A DNA stretch of 62,447 bases, filler included, from an uncultured Methanosarcinales archaeon (GCA_964434475.1; 3 parts of 3 records of this genome joined end to end with filler, not necessarily neighbours in it), one strand, 5' to 3'; positions 18,825-29,434 are shown, numbered from the whole stretch's first letter. The notes: generated from the sequence alone by a model not told the origin. Numbers and translations: made by a program.

Positions 18825-21800
18825 ATGCGCGTTAAAAAGTTATTCCTATATTCGATAATGTTTATCATTCTAGCTTTCAGTGTCGCTGCTGAAGATTTTA
18901 ATGTTGTTAGTTATAAACAAAATATATTCTCTTGTGAGTATAATCTAAATCATGTAGATACTTTGTTTGTACAGAACACTGGTTTGTTTGCACATTCTTA
19001 TGAGATAATGCATGAAGGAAATGCAGGTGAATGGGCTATAGCTATCCCTAATAATTTTATTCTTGCTCCTGGAGAAAGCGCTGTTGTTTATGTATATGTA
19101 ACTTCTCCTATAGGTATAAAAGGCTCATATGATCTTATAACAAGAGTAAAGTCAGAAGAGAATATTGTGAAAAGATTAGAGCAGGATATTGTAATCGATA
19201 AATGTGTGAACTCAAAAACAACAACAGAGTACAGCGAGATAAATACCTGTCCAGGAAGGACGATAAGCTTTCCTATAAATGTTGAAAATACTGGTTCTTT
19301 TGATGAAAAATATTCTTTTTATACAGATAAGGATATGGGTGCGCTTACGTTCAGTTCTAATAATTTTATTTTAGATCCAAACGGCAAGCTTGATGTATAT
19401 GTTTATCTGCAGCTTCCTTCTGAGCTTTATGGAGAGCATTATTTAAACCTATTCACAGAAGCTGAAGCTAGTGGCATAGTCACAAAATTACCTATTTTCT
19501 TGAATATAAGTCCTTGTTATGATTTTTCTATATCTACAAAGGATCAAGAGAAATGTAAGTTGGTGGATTCAAATGTTGATTTTACACTTGCGAATTATGC
19601 TGATGCTGATAATTATTTCAATATTAGGATAAAAGGCCCTGATTGGGCTGAACAGACAGTAAAACAAGTGTTTTTGAAGGCAAGAACAAGTGTTGTAATT
19701 GAAAATATTACTGTAAATCCTCCTAAGAACGCTAAGCCTGAAGAGATAACTGTAGAGATTGAAACAGAATACGGAGAACTTAAAGCAAATAAGTCTTTTA
19801 TCTTATATCCTGCTCATTGCTATGATCTAAAGATTGATGTAAAGCCCAATATTGCTTCTTGTGCATGTGAAAGGCAGCCATATGAAGTTACTTTGAAGAA
19901 TAAAGGAACTATAGATGATGCTTTTAACTATAGTATAAAAGCAGGCAATAAGAAAGTCAATCTAAGCCTTCAGGAAGGCAGTGTAGATATAAGCGGAGGA
20001 AACGAGATAACATATGATGTTAATGTAGATAATCCTTGTAAAAAAGATAAATATGATATAGAGATCAAAGCTATTTCTGAAAAATCAGGTTTAATATATA
20101 AGAACAAAACAGGTGTTGATCTGATCAAAGCAGATAGATGTAGGAAAGCAGATCTGATATTAAGGAACAGAAAGCATAATTTAACCAGTAAAAGAATCTC
20201 CAGTTCTATAGAGATAAGAAATTCTGGATATATGACAACAATGTATGAGATATACGCTTTTCCTCAGGAAATGATAGATCTTAAGATAAATAGGATCACT
20301 TTGCAACCAAACTCTGGTTTCAACGTATCTTTTGATTATCTTGTTGAAACGACAGGAAAATATAAGGTGTCTTTTAAAGCAGTGGCTTTAGAAAATAGCC
20401 AATCGTACATAGAGGATTATAGTATAAGGATATATGATGATTCTAATAAAAACATCTATTATTATATTATTCTTTTCGGAGGAGCTTGTTTAGTGTTGTT
20501 TGGTTTTATCTTATTTTTAGTGAATTATAACGGAAGAAGGACCGATGATGTAAAACATATTGTTAAGGATAAGACCAACAAAAAGAGAAAACAGAAAAAG
20601 GTTAAAAGTATTAAGAAAAAAGCTGAAAATAAGCTGAAAAAGCAGGATACGGGAAAAGATAAAGCAAAAGAACAACAGTATAGATTAAAACCTTTCTTTA
20701 AATATGCGGTAGTACTTATTTTGATATTGCTTGTTATTTTTGGAATGTTCTATTATGTATCCAAAACAGGCATTTTAGGCAATTTCAGCAACGTTAATTT
20801 AAGTAGATTTAATATGGATAGTGTTTCTTTTTTTAAATCCTTTAATGTTTCTGCGGATAAAACTGACGAGATAGGCGCTGATGTTTCAGACATTAATTCT
20901 GAAGATATGAATGAGAGCGAGATAGATTCTTTAGATGATACAAAGAAAAGCGCTGTCAGAAAAATTCTGGAAAAGATGGACAGGTTAAAGAATAAGACAG
21001 ATACAGATGATGAAAAGGCTGAAGGTCGTGTTGATGATAATGGCAGTAGGATTAAGCAGGATATAGATAATAATGTCCTGAAAACAAGGAATAAAGCCAA
21101 CGAAACCTCAAAGTTTATGGCTTTGTTGAACAGTACAAAAAGTGCGATAAAAACAAATTCAGCAAAAGCTTATTCAGGATTTAAAAAATACTCTGCTATA
21201 TCTTACAGTAAATCCAAATCAGGAATTTCTTTATTATTTTTTTGGATAAAAGCAGTATTGATAACATATAAGAATTATATATTATTAGGTTTGGGCATAT
21301 TGGCAGTATTGATAATTATAGTAAAAGTATCTGAGCTTTCTAAAAAAAATAAGGGTGCAGAGAAACCAGGAAATGATATGACCCAATTGAAGGAAAGATC
21401 TGATCAGAGAAGAAAAAAAATAAAAACCAATACTGGTAAAACACAAAAAGGATTTCTTAATACAATATTTTTCAAAAAATTTAAAAACAGATCAAAAACT
21501 GAAAAAAGAAACAAAACAAAAAAGAAACAAAACAAAAAAGAAAAAAGAACAAAAAAGAAACAAGAACAAAAAAAAAGAAGAGTTGGTGAAAGGAAAATGA
21601 AGGATATTTTAAAGAGTATAGCGCGATTCTTTTTCGATTTTGATGACGATTCAAAAAATACTTCAAATAAGAAAGAAGAAGAAAAAAGTAGTAAGAAAGA
21701 AGAAAAACCCGAGAAAAAAAACCCTGAAAAAAACAATAAACCCAAAAAGAATCATCTTAAATCATTTTTTAAAGGCGTAGTAAATTTCTTTGTAGAGATC

Positions 21801-22100
21801 GAGGATGTTGATGAGCCGAAAAAACAAAACAAAATAGTGAATAAAGACAAAGATAAGCTTGTCAAATCATCACAAAAATCGTCTGATGTAACCAAAGAAA
21901 AAAAAGAGATAAAAACTAAAAATAAACCTGCTGCTGAAAAGAAAAAAAAGACAAAACCTAAAAAATCAGAAAGGCCATCATCCAAAAAATCCAGCACAGA
22001 AAAGTCAGTTTCAAAAAAGACAAGAAGGAAGAAGTCATCTACTATGCCTGAACCATGGAGCAAGGTTACTAAATATAAGAAGATAGATAAAGAATTTTGA
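18825..22100 (+). CDS. Large membrane protein: extracellular Cys-containing Ig-like repeats, three TM segments, Lys-rich regions
   Basis: Signal peptide; repeated xxNTG...Y beta domains; three hydrophobic helices; low-complexity K/E tail. Confidence 0.8.
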   Translation: MRVKKLFLYSIMFIILAFSVAAEDFNVVSYKQNIFSCEYNLNHVDTLFVQNTGLFAHSYEIMHEGNAGEWAIAIPNNFILAPGESAVVYVYVTSPIGIKGSYDLITRVKSEENIVKRLEQDIVIDKCVNSKTTTEYSEINTCPGRTISFPINVENTGSFDEKYSFYTDKDMGALTFSSNNFILDPNGKLDVYVYLQLPSELYGEHYLNLFTEAEASGIVTKLPIFLNISPCYDFSISTKDQEKCKLVDSNVDFTLANYADADNYFNIRIKGPDWAEQTVKQVFLKARTSVVIENITVNPPKNAKPEEITVEIETEYGELKANKSFILYPAHCYDLKIDVKPNIASCACERQPYEVTLKNKGTIDDAFNYSIKAGNKKVNLSLQEGSVDISGGNEITYDVNVDNPCKKDKYDIEIKAISEKSGLIYKNKTGVDLIKADRCRKADLILRNRKHNLTSKRISSSIEIRNSGYMTTMYEIYAFPQEMIDLKINRITLQPNSGFNVSFDYLVETTGKYKVSFKAVALENSQSYIEDYSIRIYDDSNKNIYYYIILFGGACLVLFGFILFLVNYNGRRTDDVKHIVKDKTNKKRKQKKVKSIKKKAENKLKKQDTGKDKAKEQQYRLKPFFKYAVVLILILLVIFGMFYYVSKTGILGNFSNVNLSRFNMDSVSFFKSFNVSADKTDEIGADVSDINSEDMNESEIDSLDDTKKSAVRKILEKMDRLKNKTDTDDEKAEGRVDDNGSRIKQDIDNNVLKTRNKANETSKFMALLNSTKSAIKTNSAKAYSGFKKYSAISYSKSKSGISLLFFWIKAVLITYKNYILLGLGILAVLIIIVKVSELSKKNKGAEKPGNDMTQLKERSDQRRKKIKTNTGKTQKGFLNTIFFKKFKNRSKTEKRNKTKKKQNKKEKRTKKKQEQKKRRVGERKMKDILKSIARFFFDFDDDSKNTSNKKEEEKSSKKEEKPEKKNPEKNNKPKKNHLKSFFKGVVNFFVEIEDVDEPKKQNKIVNKDKDKLVKSSQKSSDVTKEKKEIKTKNKPAAEKKKKTKPKKSERPSSKKSSTEKSVSKKTRRKKSSTMPEPWSKVTKYKKIDKEF

Positions 22101-22819
22101 TGATGGTGTCTATCATAGGAGCAGGACCTGCTGGAGCTTATTGTTCTAAAATTCTTTCTGATAAAGGATTTGATGTTAAACTGTTTGAAGAGCATAAGGA
22201 AATCGGAATGCCTGTGCAATGTACAGGAATAATCACGAAAGAAATAAAAAAATTTTTTAAAAGATCTGAGCTAGATTCTTTTGTAATAAACAAGATAAAA
22301 AAGATCAGGATATTTTCTCCAGATGGAAATTATGTTGTGTTTCCTGCAGAGGAATATGTAGTAGATAGGACCAGATTTGATAATTTTTTATCAGATTCAG
22401 CAGAAGCTTCAGGAACAAGAATTTATTTAAGCCATAAATATGTAGGCCATAAGCACGATAATATTTTTTTTTCAGGTGGAAATAAATTAAAGTATGATAA
22501 GCTTATAGGAGCAGACGGACCAAATTCCAGTGTTGCAAAAGATTTCAGGATGTATGGCAATAGGAAGTTTATCCTAGGAATGCAGGCAAGGATAAAATAT
22601 GATTCTAATCCAGAAGAATTTTGTGTTTTTTTTGATAATAAAAAGTTTCCTGGGTTCTTTGGATGGCAAGTGCCTGAATCTGATAAAGTCTCTAGGGTAG
22701 GCATGGCTGGAAGCTTTGGTGTTAAGAATAACTTTGATGCTTTTTTGAAAAGGTTCGATAAGGCAAAGGTGATTGAATATCAAGCAGGGCTTATACCTAT
22801 ATATAATCCTCATATGAGG
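22097..22819 (+). CDS. Geranylgeranyl reductase-family FAD oxidoreductase (truncated by assembly gap)
   Basis: IIGAGPAG Rossmann motif; IGMPVQCTG; DRTRFD; IGADGPNS; PGFFGWQVP. Confidence 0.88.
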
Positions 22820-22919
22820 NNNNNNNNNNNNNNNNNNNNNNNNNNNNNNNNNNNNNNNNNNNNTTAATTAATTAANNNNNNNNNNNNNNNNNNNNNNNNN
22901 NNNNNNNNNNNNNNNNNNN
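22820..22919. other. Assembly gap with TTAATTAATTAA linker
   Basis: 44 N + 12-mer with stops in all frames + 44 N. Confidence 0.97.
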
Positions 22920-23060
22920 GTGTTCAACTACCTAATTTTTTCGGTTTTTAGAAAAATCTGCACAACTCCAGTAAGGTAATTAATAATACGAATATTTTAG
23001 CTTCAGGAGACAGCGCAAATTAAAAATTTGCTGGCCATCCTTTGCTCAGGTGATAATAAA

Positions 23061-23663
23061 ATGAAGATACTCGCTTCAGGAGACATACACGGAGATACTA
23101 GCTTAGCAGAGAAATTAGCTAAGAAAGCAGAAGACAATAAGGTAGATCTTGTTGTATTATGTGGAGATCTAACGTATGCTGAAGCATCAACTAAAAACCT
23201 AATAGGGCCTTTTGCAAAAAGAAATCAAAAAGTTGTTCTTATTCCAGGCAATCATGAGACTGTTGCAACAGCAGACTTTTTGGCTGAGCTTTATGGAGCC
23301 ACTAACTTGCACGGATATTCTATAAAAGCAGGAGAGATTGGCTTGTTTGGCGCAGGCGGCGCTAATGTTGGACTGCATCAGTTTTCAGAAGATGAATTCT
23401 ATGAACTATTACAAAAAGGACATAACTATATCAAAGATATGAAGAAAAGAATTATGGTAACACATGTGCATCCTACAGGCACAAAGATGGAAAAATTCAC
23501 AAGCTTTTTTCCAGGCTCAACAGGAGTTAAAAAAGCGATAGATGCTTTTAAGCCGGATATCTTGCTTTGCTCTCATGTTCACGAAGCAGAAGGGATCGAA
23601 GAGAGATTAGGAAACACAAAAGTCATAAATGTAGGTAAAGAAGGAAAAATCTTAGACATCTAA
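23061..23663 (+). CDS. Calcineurin-like metallophosphoesterase
   Basis: DIHG, GDL, GNHE, THVHP, SHVHE motifs; SD AGGTGA before ATG 23061. Confidence 0.9.
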   Translation: MKILASGDIHGDTSLAEKLAKKAEDNKVDLVVLCGDLTYAEASTKNLIGPFAKRNQKVVLIPGNHETVATADFLAELYGATNLHGYSIKAGEIGLFGAGGANVGLHQFSEDEFYELLQKGHNYIKDMKKRIMVTHVHPTGTKMEKFTSFFPGSTGVKKAIDAFKPDILLCSHVHEAEGIEERLGNTKVINVGKEGKILDI

Positions 23664-24155
23664 TTTTTTTATAATTATCTTGAACCAAGGAGTATATATT
23701 TCAGGATTTTGCTTTATGTCTTGTTTAAGTTCTTCTATGCTTATCCACCTGTAATCTTCTATTTCATCTTTGTTAATATTCGGATCTTGGTCATATATTC
23801 CTTTGAAAACATAGTCTAACTCATTTTCAGTCAAACCATTGTCGAATTCTGCAGTATAATGAAAATAGAAAAGTTTGTCGAGTTTAGTATCAAAACCCAT
23901 CTCTTCTTTTAATCTCCTATGAGCTGCATCTTCTGTTATTTCTCCTTGTCTTGGATGACTGCAGCATGCATTTGTCCATAATCCTGGGCAATGGTACTTG
24001 TGCTTTGCCCTTTGATGGATAAGCATATTATTGTTCTTGTTAAATATTAATATAGAAAAAGCTCTATGGCATAGGGCTTTTTCATGTGCTTTCATCTTTT
24101 CTTCTGTACCTATAGGGGTATCGTTTTCATCAACAAGAATAACATTCTCATTCAT
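23652..24155 (-). CDS. idi: Type 1 isopentenyl-diphosphate delta-isomerase
   Basis: KMKAH, HRAFSILIFN, WTNACCSHP, RRLKEEMG, ENELDYVF, YTPWF. Confidence 0.93.
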   Translation of the reverse strand: MNENVILVDENDTPIGTEEKMKAHEKALCHRAFSILIFNKNNNMLIHQRAKHKYHCPGLWTNACCSHPRQGEITEDAAHRRLKEEMGFDTKLDKLFYFHYTAEFDNGLTENELDYVFKGIYDQDPNINKDEIEDYRWISIEELKQDIKQNPEIYTPWFKIIIKKLDV

Positions 24156-25576
24156 CCTTTGACCACTCCTAATGGTTTTAATCTTGCAACAATGTTTCCT
24201 ATGCCTGCATCGTGGCTTACTTTGATGACTTCATCTATATCCTTATAGACTTGAGGAGCTTCTTCTGCAATACCTTTCCATGAAGCGCTCTTTACATAAA
24301 TATTCTGTTTTTTTAATTCTTCCCTTATATCGTCTGCTTTAAACTGTCTTGCAGCATGCCTAGACATCAATCTTCCAGCACCATGTGCTGTAGAGCCAAA
24401 AGTCTGTTTCATAGCTTCTTCTGTTCCTACAAGAACATATGAAGAAGTACCCATACTTCCTGGAATCAATACAGGCTGACCTGTTTGTCTGTATTTTTCA
24501 GGCAAATCAGGATGATGAGGAGGAAATGATCTTGTCGCGCCTTTTCTATGAAGATAAACTTTCTTTTTTTTGCCATCTATCTCATGCTCCTCTACTTTTG
24601 CGATATTATGTGCAACATCGTAGACTGGATTTATTTCAGTATTTTCGCCAAATATCTCTTTAAAGCTTTGTCTTACTTCATGCGCTATTATCAATCTATT
24701 TACCCAAGCATAATTTGCAGCAGCACACATAGCTTTGTAGTAATCTTTTGCAAGTTTTGATTTTGCAGGAGCATATATCAAGTCTCTTTCAGGCAGAGAA
24801 TCCGCTATTTCAGGATTTTCGTCTTCCATCCTTCTCAGATAGTCTGAACAAACTTGATGGCCTAATCCTCTGCTTCCACAATGTATCATTATCATTATCT
24901 GATTCTTTTTTGTTATACCAAAGGTTTCAGCTGTTTTTTTATCAATAATTTCATCAACATACTGTATCTCTAAAAAATGGTTACCAGCGCCCAATGTACC
25001 AAGCTGTTTTCTTCCTCTTGATTTCGCTTTTTGGCTTACCTTGGTTGAATCAGCTGCATCCATACAACCGCCTTCTTCAGATAATTCAGCATCTTCCTCT
25101 ATACCATAGCCATTCTCTAATGCCCATCTGCTTCCGTTTTTCAATACATCATCTAATTGTTCATCTGTTAATCTTATCTTGGATTCTGAACCTACTCCGC
25201 CAGGAACATTCTTGAACAAAGAGATAAGTATGTTTCTTATCTTTGGCTCTACTTCTTCTTTGGTTAGATTTGTTGACAATAGTCTTACTCCGCAGTTTAT
25301 GTCAAAACCAATTCCGCCAGGAGTTATTAAGCCATCTTCAATATCAAAAGCTGCCACACCGCCTATGCTGAACCCATATCCTTGGTGAGCATCAGGACAC
25401 ATGATGCTTGCTTTCTGTATTCCAGGTAATTTAGAAACATTTATTCCCTGCTGTATTGCTTTATCTTTTTTCATGTCTTCCAATAGTTTTTCACTTGCGA
25501 AAATCTTTACAGGAACATTCATATTGCCTTCTTTCTCAACTTCAAATAAATAATTGTTTATCTTTTTTAGTTTCAT
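24152..25576 (-). CDS. rtcB: RNA-splicing ligase RtcB
   Basis: PDAHQGYG, GFDINCG, GTLGAGNHFLE, HCGSRG, HN, HRKGAT, PGSMG, HGAGR, EEAP-YK. Confidence 0.97.
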   Translation of the reverse strand: MKLKKINNYLFEVEKEGNMNVPVKIFASEKLLEDMKKDKAIQQGINVSKLPGIQKASIMCPDAHQGYGFSIGGVAAFDIEDGLITPGGIGFDINCGVRLLSTNLTKEEVEPKIRNILISLFKNVPGGVGSESKIRLTDEQLDDVLKNGSRWALENGYGIEEDAELSEEGGCMDAADSTKVSQKAKSRGRKQLGTLGAGNHFLEIQYVDEIIDKKTAETFGITKKNQIMIMIHCGSRGLGHQVCSDYLRRMEDENPEIADSLPERDLIYAPAKSKLAKDYYKAMCAAANYAWVNRLIIAHEVRQSFKEIFGENTEINPVYDVAHNIAKVEEHEIDGKKKKVYLHRKGATRSFPPHHPDLPEKYRQTGQPVLIPGSMGTSSYVLVGTEEAMKQTFGSTAHGAGRLMSRHAARQFKADDIREELKKQNIYVKSASWKGIAEEAPQVYKDIDEVIKVSHDAGIGNIVARLKPLGVVKG

Positions 25577-25965
25577 ACATCTACCACCACAATAATATGA
25601 TCATCAGTTATCTCCATATCTGAATAGGTTATGGATTTTATGTTGCCTTTAACATTATAATTTTTGTAATTGTCACCTTTAGCTATTGCTTTTAGCTTAT
25701 TGTCTTCTATGTTTACTTTTATGCTGGACAAGATAAATCCGTCTGTATCCAGCTTGAACAATAGCTCTTCAAGAAAATCATAGAGCAAGGATTTTGTTTT
25801 TTTTGATTCTATATTTATTTCTAAGGTTTTTAGTTGTTTTACTTTGCTTATATCTGTAAGTACGTTAAACATAGCTAATGCCGTGTTCTCAAATTTCTTT
25901 GATAATGTTTCGCCATAAGCTTTTATCTTTACGTCAGCAGTATGCTCTAGGTATTCGTATTGCAT
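25573..25965 (-). CDS. Archease
   Basis: YEYLEHTADV, IKSITY, terminal VVVDV; overlaps rtcB start. Confidence 0.93.
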   Translation of the reverse strand: MQYEYLEHTADVKIKAYGETLSKKFENTALAMFNVLTDISKVKQLKTLEINIESKKTKSLLYDFLEELLFKLDTDGFILSSIKVNIEDNKLKAIAKGDNYKNYNVKGNIKSITYSDMEITDDHIIVVVDV

Positions 25966-25997
25966 AATCAAAGAAGTTAATAGCATCATATATAAAA

Positions 25998-26225
25998 TTA
26001 ATCCAAAAATATAAGGCCTTGAGATTCTTCTTTTTGTTCTTCAGGTTCTGTTTTTTGAGGTTGTTCTGTAGAATTGAACATATTGAACATATCTGTAGGT
26101 TGAGAATTGTTTTCAAATATGTTAGAATTTGACTTGTGTTCGTGGTTTGTCAGATTTCTCAATAACTCGATAGCTTTGATTATATCTTCCTTAGAATCAT
26201 GTTGTGTGTCTATTGTGATTTTCAT
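25998..26225 (-). CDS. Small hypothetical protein
   Basis: 75-aa ORF, MKITIDT...DIIKAIELL N-terminal domain with low-complexity tail. Confidence 0.7.
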   Translation of the reverse strand: MKITIDTQHDSKEDIIKAIELLRNLTNHEHKSNSNIFENNSQPTDMFNMFNSTEQPQKTEPEEQKEESQGLIFLD

Positions 26226-26250
26226 AAGATATTGTTTGATATTTGTATAT

Positions 26251-26901
26251 TTATACTTTTCTATTCAGGCCTTTTGCTTTTATGTAAGAATTGACTATAT
26301 CTCCAAACTCCTTTGCTCTTTCTATGGATATTTTTGCCTTGTTCATCTCAGCACTTATCGTCATCCTATAGGTGAATTCATGCCTTTTTTGCCTTTCAAT
26401 ATCCATATACTCAATAATATTCTTTGCTTTTTGCTGGGTTAGCTGTTGCATTTGTTCTTTTGCATCAGATAATAAAGACAATGCTTTTGACAATTTAGAG
26501 TATTTTATGTCGCTCCATTCTAAATTATGTTTATTCTCCATATCAGAACCTTTGATTATGAAGTAATACATCAAAGCCAACTCAACAGTCTTATGGGTAT
26601 CTTGAACATCTTTGGGTATTTTTTTATTGTCAAGAGCCAGCAGATATTGGGCTAGAAAAAATATCCTGTAATAAGATGCGTTTATTATCCACAATGTGCC
26701 ATCATAATCGTCTGCATCAAAAAAATCTCTTGTTTCCTGATTTTCCATTATGCTCATGATATATTGAGCTGTTCTTAATGCATTCCTTGATTATTCTAGA
26801 GTATGATGCTTGAATATGTCAGAAGGAGTTTGCCATATATGATCATTATCCCATCTCTTAAATGTGTTTATGGCTCGCTTAATATCCTCTTTTCTTATCA
26901 T
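26251..26901 (-). pseudogene. HEPN-like toxin gene interrupted by an in-frame TAA at 26791-26793
   Basis: ATG 26901 overlaps MNT end and is in frame with the 168-aa ORF; reads ...HHTLE*SRNALRTAQYIMSIM...; SYYRIF and RQKRHEFTY HEPN-like motifs. Confidence 0.7.
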
Positions 26902-27490
26902 ATATATTCACCAAAGTATAGTATTGCTCTGCTCCATGCAATATTATAGAAGCATTAAGAACTTCTCTTCCTAAGCTTTGCTTCTCATCAAACATCTTAA
27001 CAAGCCATTCTGTTGTTATTACATCAAATTCAATATTTAGATTTGTTGATGAAAGTAGAGATCTTATCCTTTTTTTTGTTTGCTCTATATCTAATTTATT
27101 TTGCATTACAAACAAAAGATCTATGTCTGAATTCTTTTTTTGTGTTCCTTTGACTCTCGAGCCGAATAATATAAGAAGATATAAGGATTGAAGATTTTGT
27201 TTGATTTCATCTATCATAAAACCATATTTTGCCTTGCTCAACAATTTTTGGGAATGTGTTAATGAAGATATTGCTAAAAGTTGAGGATCTGCTGATAAGT
27301 CTGCTCTACAGCTTATTGTAGTTCCTATCCGTTCTGTTCTTATCATTCCTTTTTTTATCAAAGTTTTTACAGAATCGTATGTTAAAGCATAACTTGAGTT
27401 AATTAATTTGCTTAGGTTTCGTACAGAATAACTTTTGAATGGTTGAGGCAATACAACCTCCATTATCTTTTGTTCACATTTAGTTATCAT
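26879..27490 (-). CDS. wHTH + minimal nucleotidyltransferase (MNT antitoxin-like)
   Basis: SVRNLSKLINSSY HTH; LILFGSRVKG...SDIDLLF. Confidence 0.88.
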   Translation of the reverse strand: MITKCEQKIMEVVLPQPFKSYSVRNLSKLINSSYALTYDSVKTLIKKGMIRTERIGTTISCRADLSADPQLLAISSLTHSQKLLSKAKYGFMIDEIKQNLQSLYLLILFGSRVKGTQKKNSDIDLLFVMQNKLDIEQTKKRIRSLLSSTNLNIEFDVITTEWLVKMFDEKQSLGREVLNASIILHGAEQYYTLVNIYDKKRGY

Positions 27491-27496
27491 ATTTAC

Positions 27497-27510
27497 CGAT
27501 AACGTTATCG
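27497..27510. promoter_or_regulatory. Perfect 14-bp palindrome, putative autoregulatory operator
   Basis: CGATAACGTTATCG between TATA box and start codon of the MNT gene. Confidence 0.6.
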
Positions 27511-27650
27511 TAATTTAAGATATATTTAAAAGTATCGGTTTTCAATTAGGCAATTTGTTTTTAATCTTAAGACCTTGATATTTTAGTAATTTAGGCTTAC
27601 AATAAGAAGATAAAAAAAGATTTGTCCTTAATAATTCTTTTTGGTGCTTC

Positions 27651-27923
27651 TCAAGCATTCTCGTCCTCAGGGTTATAGCTTGGTACAGCAGCTTTGCTGA
27701 TAATCATTATATCACCTATGCTTTTAACCAATTGATGAGGAACTATTACGCCTTTTGCACTTCCCAATACTTTGTTCAGGAATGAGTTTCTTGATGCTTT
27801 GACTTTCCAGCCAAATACCTTGTTTGTTGTCAATATGGATTCTTCTATGTCTCCAAAATAATCTCCAGTATCAGTAAAGACCTTCATCTCGTATGTTTCA
27901 GAAATTCTTTTCATCTTGAGCAT
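27651..27923 (-). CDS. PRC-barrel protein (CdpB-like cell division factor)
   Basis: KVFTDTGDYFGDIEE...VIVPHQLVKSIGDIMII. Confidence 0.88.
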   Translation of the reverse strand: MLKMKRISETYEMKVFTDTGDYFGDIEESILTTNKVFGWKVKASRNSFLNKVLGSAKGVIVPHQLVKSIGDIMIISKAAVPSYNPEDENA

Positions 27924-28139
27924 TGTTTTACCACCCTTTATTTATGTAATAAATTATATATTAACCTTGGTTTAAATACTTTTCTATATATGAGGCTATG
28001 TGTTTTGTTGTCTTTAATAAGTGGTTAAATAGCGCTAGATTTATAAATATAAATAAGTTAGGAAGTATATGAAGAAGGGAATTTCTATTATTTTGACAAA
28101 TTGACAAATTTAATATACAACAACCATTAACCAAAAAAA

Positions 28140-28862
28140 ATGCTTAAACTACATAACTTAACAATAATAGGCACAAGCCACATAGCAAAGCAGAGCATAA
28201 ACGAGATAAAGAAAGCTATGGAAGACAAGCCAGATATTGTTGCTGTTGAATTAGACAAAACAAGATTAAACTCATTACTAAAAAAACAAAAAAAAGAGCA
28301 TCTGTCAATAAGACAAATTAAACAAATAGGTTTTGCAGGATTCATCTTTGCGATAATAGGAGGCTATGTGCAAAAAAAATTAGGGAAGGTTGTAAATGCA
28401 AATCCAGGAGATGATATGCTGACAGCAATAAAAGAGGCAAGAAAACATGATGCAAAAATCGCATTGATAGACCAGCATATTGCAATAACTTTAAGAAATC
28501 TGTCAAAAGCTTTCACATTCAAGGAATTCATGAAAATATTAAAGGATGCGTTTATGGGGATATTCTTCAGAAAGAATGAATTAAAAAAATACGGCATACA
28601 AAACCTTGACCTAAGCAAAGTGCCGAGCAAAAAGATAATCAAAAAACTTATGTTAGCTATGAAAAAAAGATATCCTAGCTTATACAAGGCAATAGTTGAA
28701 GACAGGAATAGAATCATGGCAAAAAAGCTTTCTAAAATAATGGAAAGCAATCCAGATAAACTAATTCTAGCTGTTGTCGGCGCTGGGCACGAAGAAGAAT
28801 TGCTTAAACTAATAATGAAAAATCTTAACCATAATATAAGCTATAGCTTTAGTATAAGCTAA
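28140..28862 (+). CDS. TraB/PrgY/GumN-family protein
   Basis: IIGTSHIA, PDIVAVELD, PGDDM, IVEDRNRIM, AVVGAGH. Confidence 0.9.
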   Translation: MLKLHNLTIIGTSHIAKQSINEIKKAMEDKPDIVAVELDKTRLNSLLKKQKKEHLSIRQIKQIGFAGFIFAIIGGYVQKKLGKVVNANPGDDMLTAIKEARKHDAKIALIDQHIAITLRNLSKAFTFKEFMKILKDAFMGIFFRKNELKKYGIQNLDLSKVPSKKIIKKLMLAMKKRYPSLYKAIVEDRNRIMAKKLSKIMESNPDKLILAVVGAGHEEELLKLIMKNLNHNISYSFSIS

Positions 28863-28884
28863 AATGGAAAGATTTATAAACATC

Positions 28885-28902
28885 TGGAAATATATACTTC
28901 CA
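28885..28902. promoter_or_regulatory. Inverted repeat TGGAA-N8-TTCCA, putative operator
   Basis: Between TATA (TTTATAAA) and ATG 28904 of an HTH-MNT gene. Confidence 0.45.
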
Positions 28903-28903
28903 A

Positions 28904-29434
28904 ATGGAAACAAAAATAACCATAGTGAAGCATTTTTTTGAGGAGCCTAACAGAAAGTTCAGCATCAGGCAATTGTCAAGAATAACAAAGATAAACCATA
29001 CAACAGTAAGACAATATCTAAAAAAACTGCTAAAAGAAGAATTCTTGTCTTCAAAAGAAGAAGGAGTATACCTATTTTATAGGCTGATTCCATCAGATAA
29101 AACAATGAATCTTAAAAAGTATTACAATCTGGAAAAGATCAGAGAATCCAGGATTATAGATGACTTAGAAAAAACTTATGATCTTCCCACCATAGTATTG
29201 TTCGGAAGCTATGCTTCAGCGACTGATGATATCACAAGCGATATGGATCTATGCGTCATATCAAACGTCAAAAAAGATTTTGACTGTAAGATATATGAAA
29301 AAACGATAAACAGAAAAATAAGCATCCATAAGTTTGACAAGGCTTCTTGGGAAAAGACAAAAAAAACAAATCCTCATCTGATAAACAGCATATGCAACGG
29401 TATAACATTATCAGGAGAATTAGAGGTATTGTGA
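28904..29434 (+). CDS. wHTH + minimal nucleotidyltransferase (MNT)
   Basis: SIRQLSRITKINHTTV HTH; IVLFGSYASA...SDMDLCV. Confidence 0.88.
   Translation: METKITIVKHFFEEPNRKFSIRQLSRITKINHTTVRQYLKKLLKEEFLSSKEEGVYLFYRLIPSDKTMNLKKYYNLEKIRESRIIDDLEKTYDLPTIVLFGSYASATDDITSDMDLCVISNVKKDFDCKIYEKTINRKISIHKFDKASWEKTKKTNPHLINSICNGITLSGELEVL

Noticed and set aside
21404..22219. Phe-rich minus-strand ORFs
   Set aside because: Antisense shadows of a Lys-rich A-tract coding region
28140..28862. TraB as evidence of conjugation
   Set aside because: TraB/PrgY/GumN family is a widespread chromosomal protein; no relaxase or T4SS genes are present
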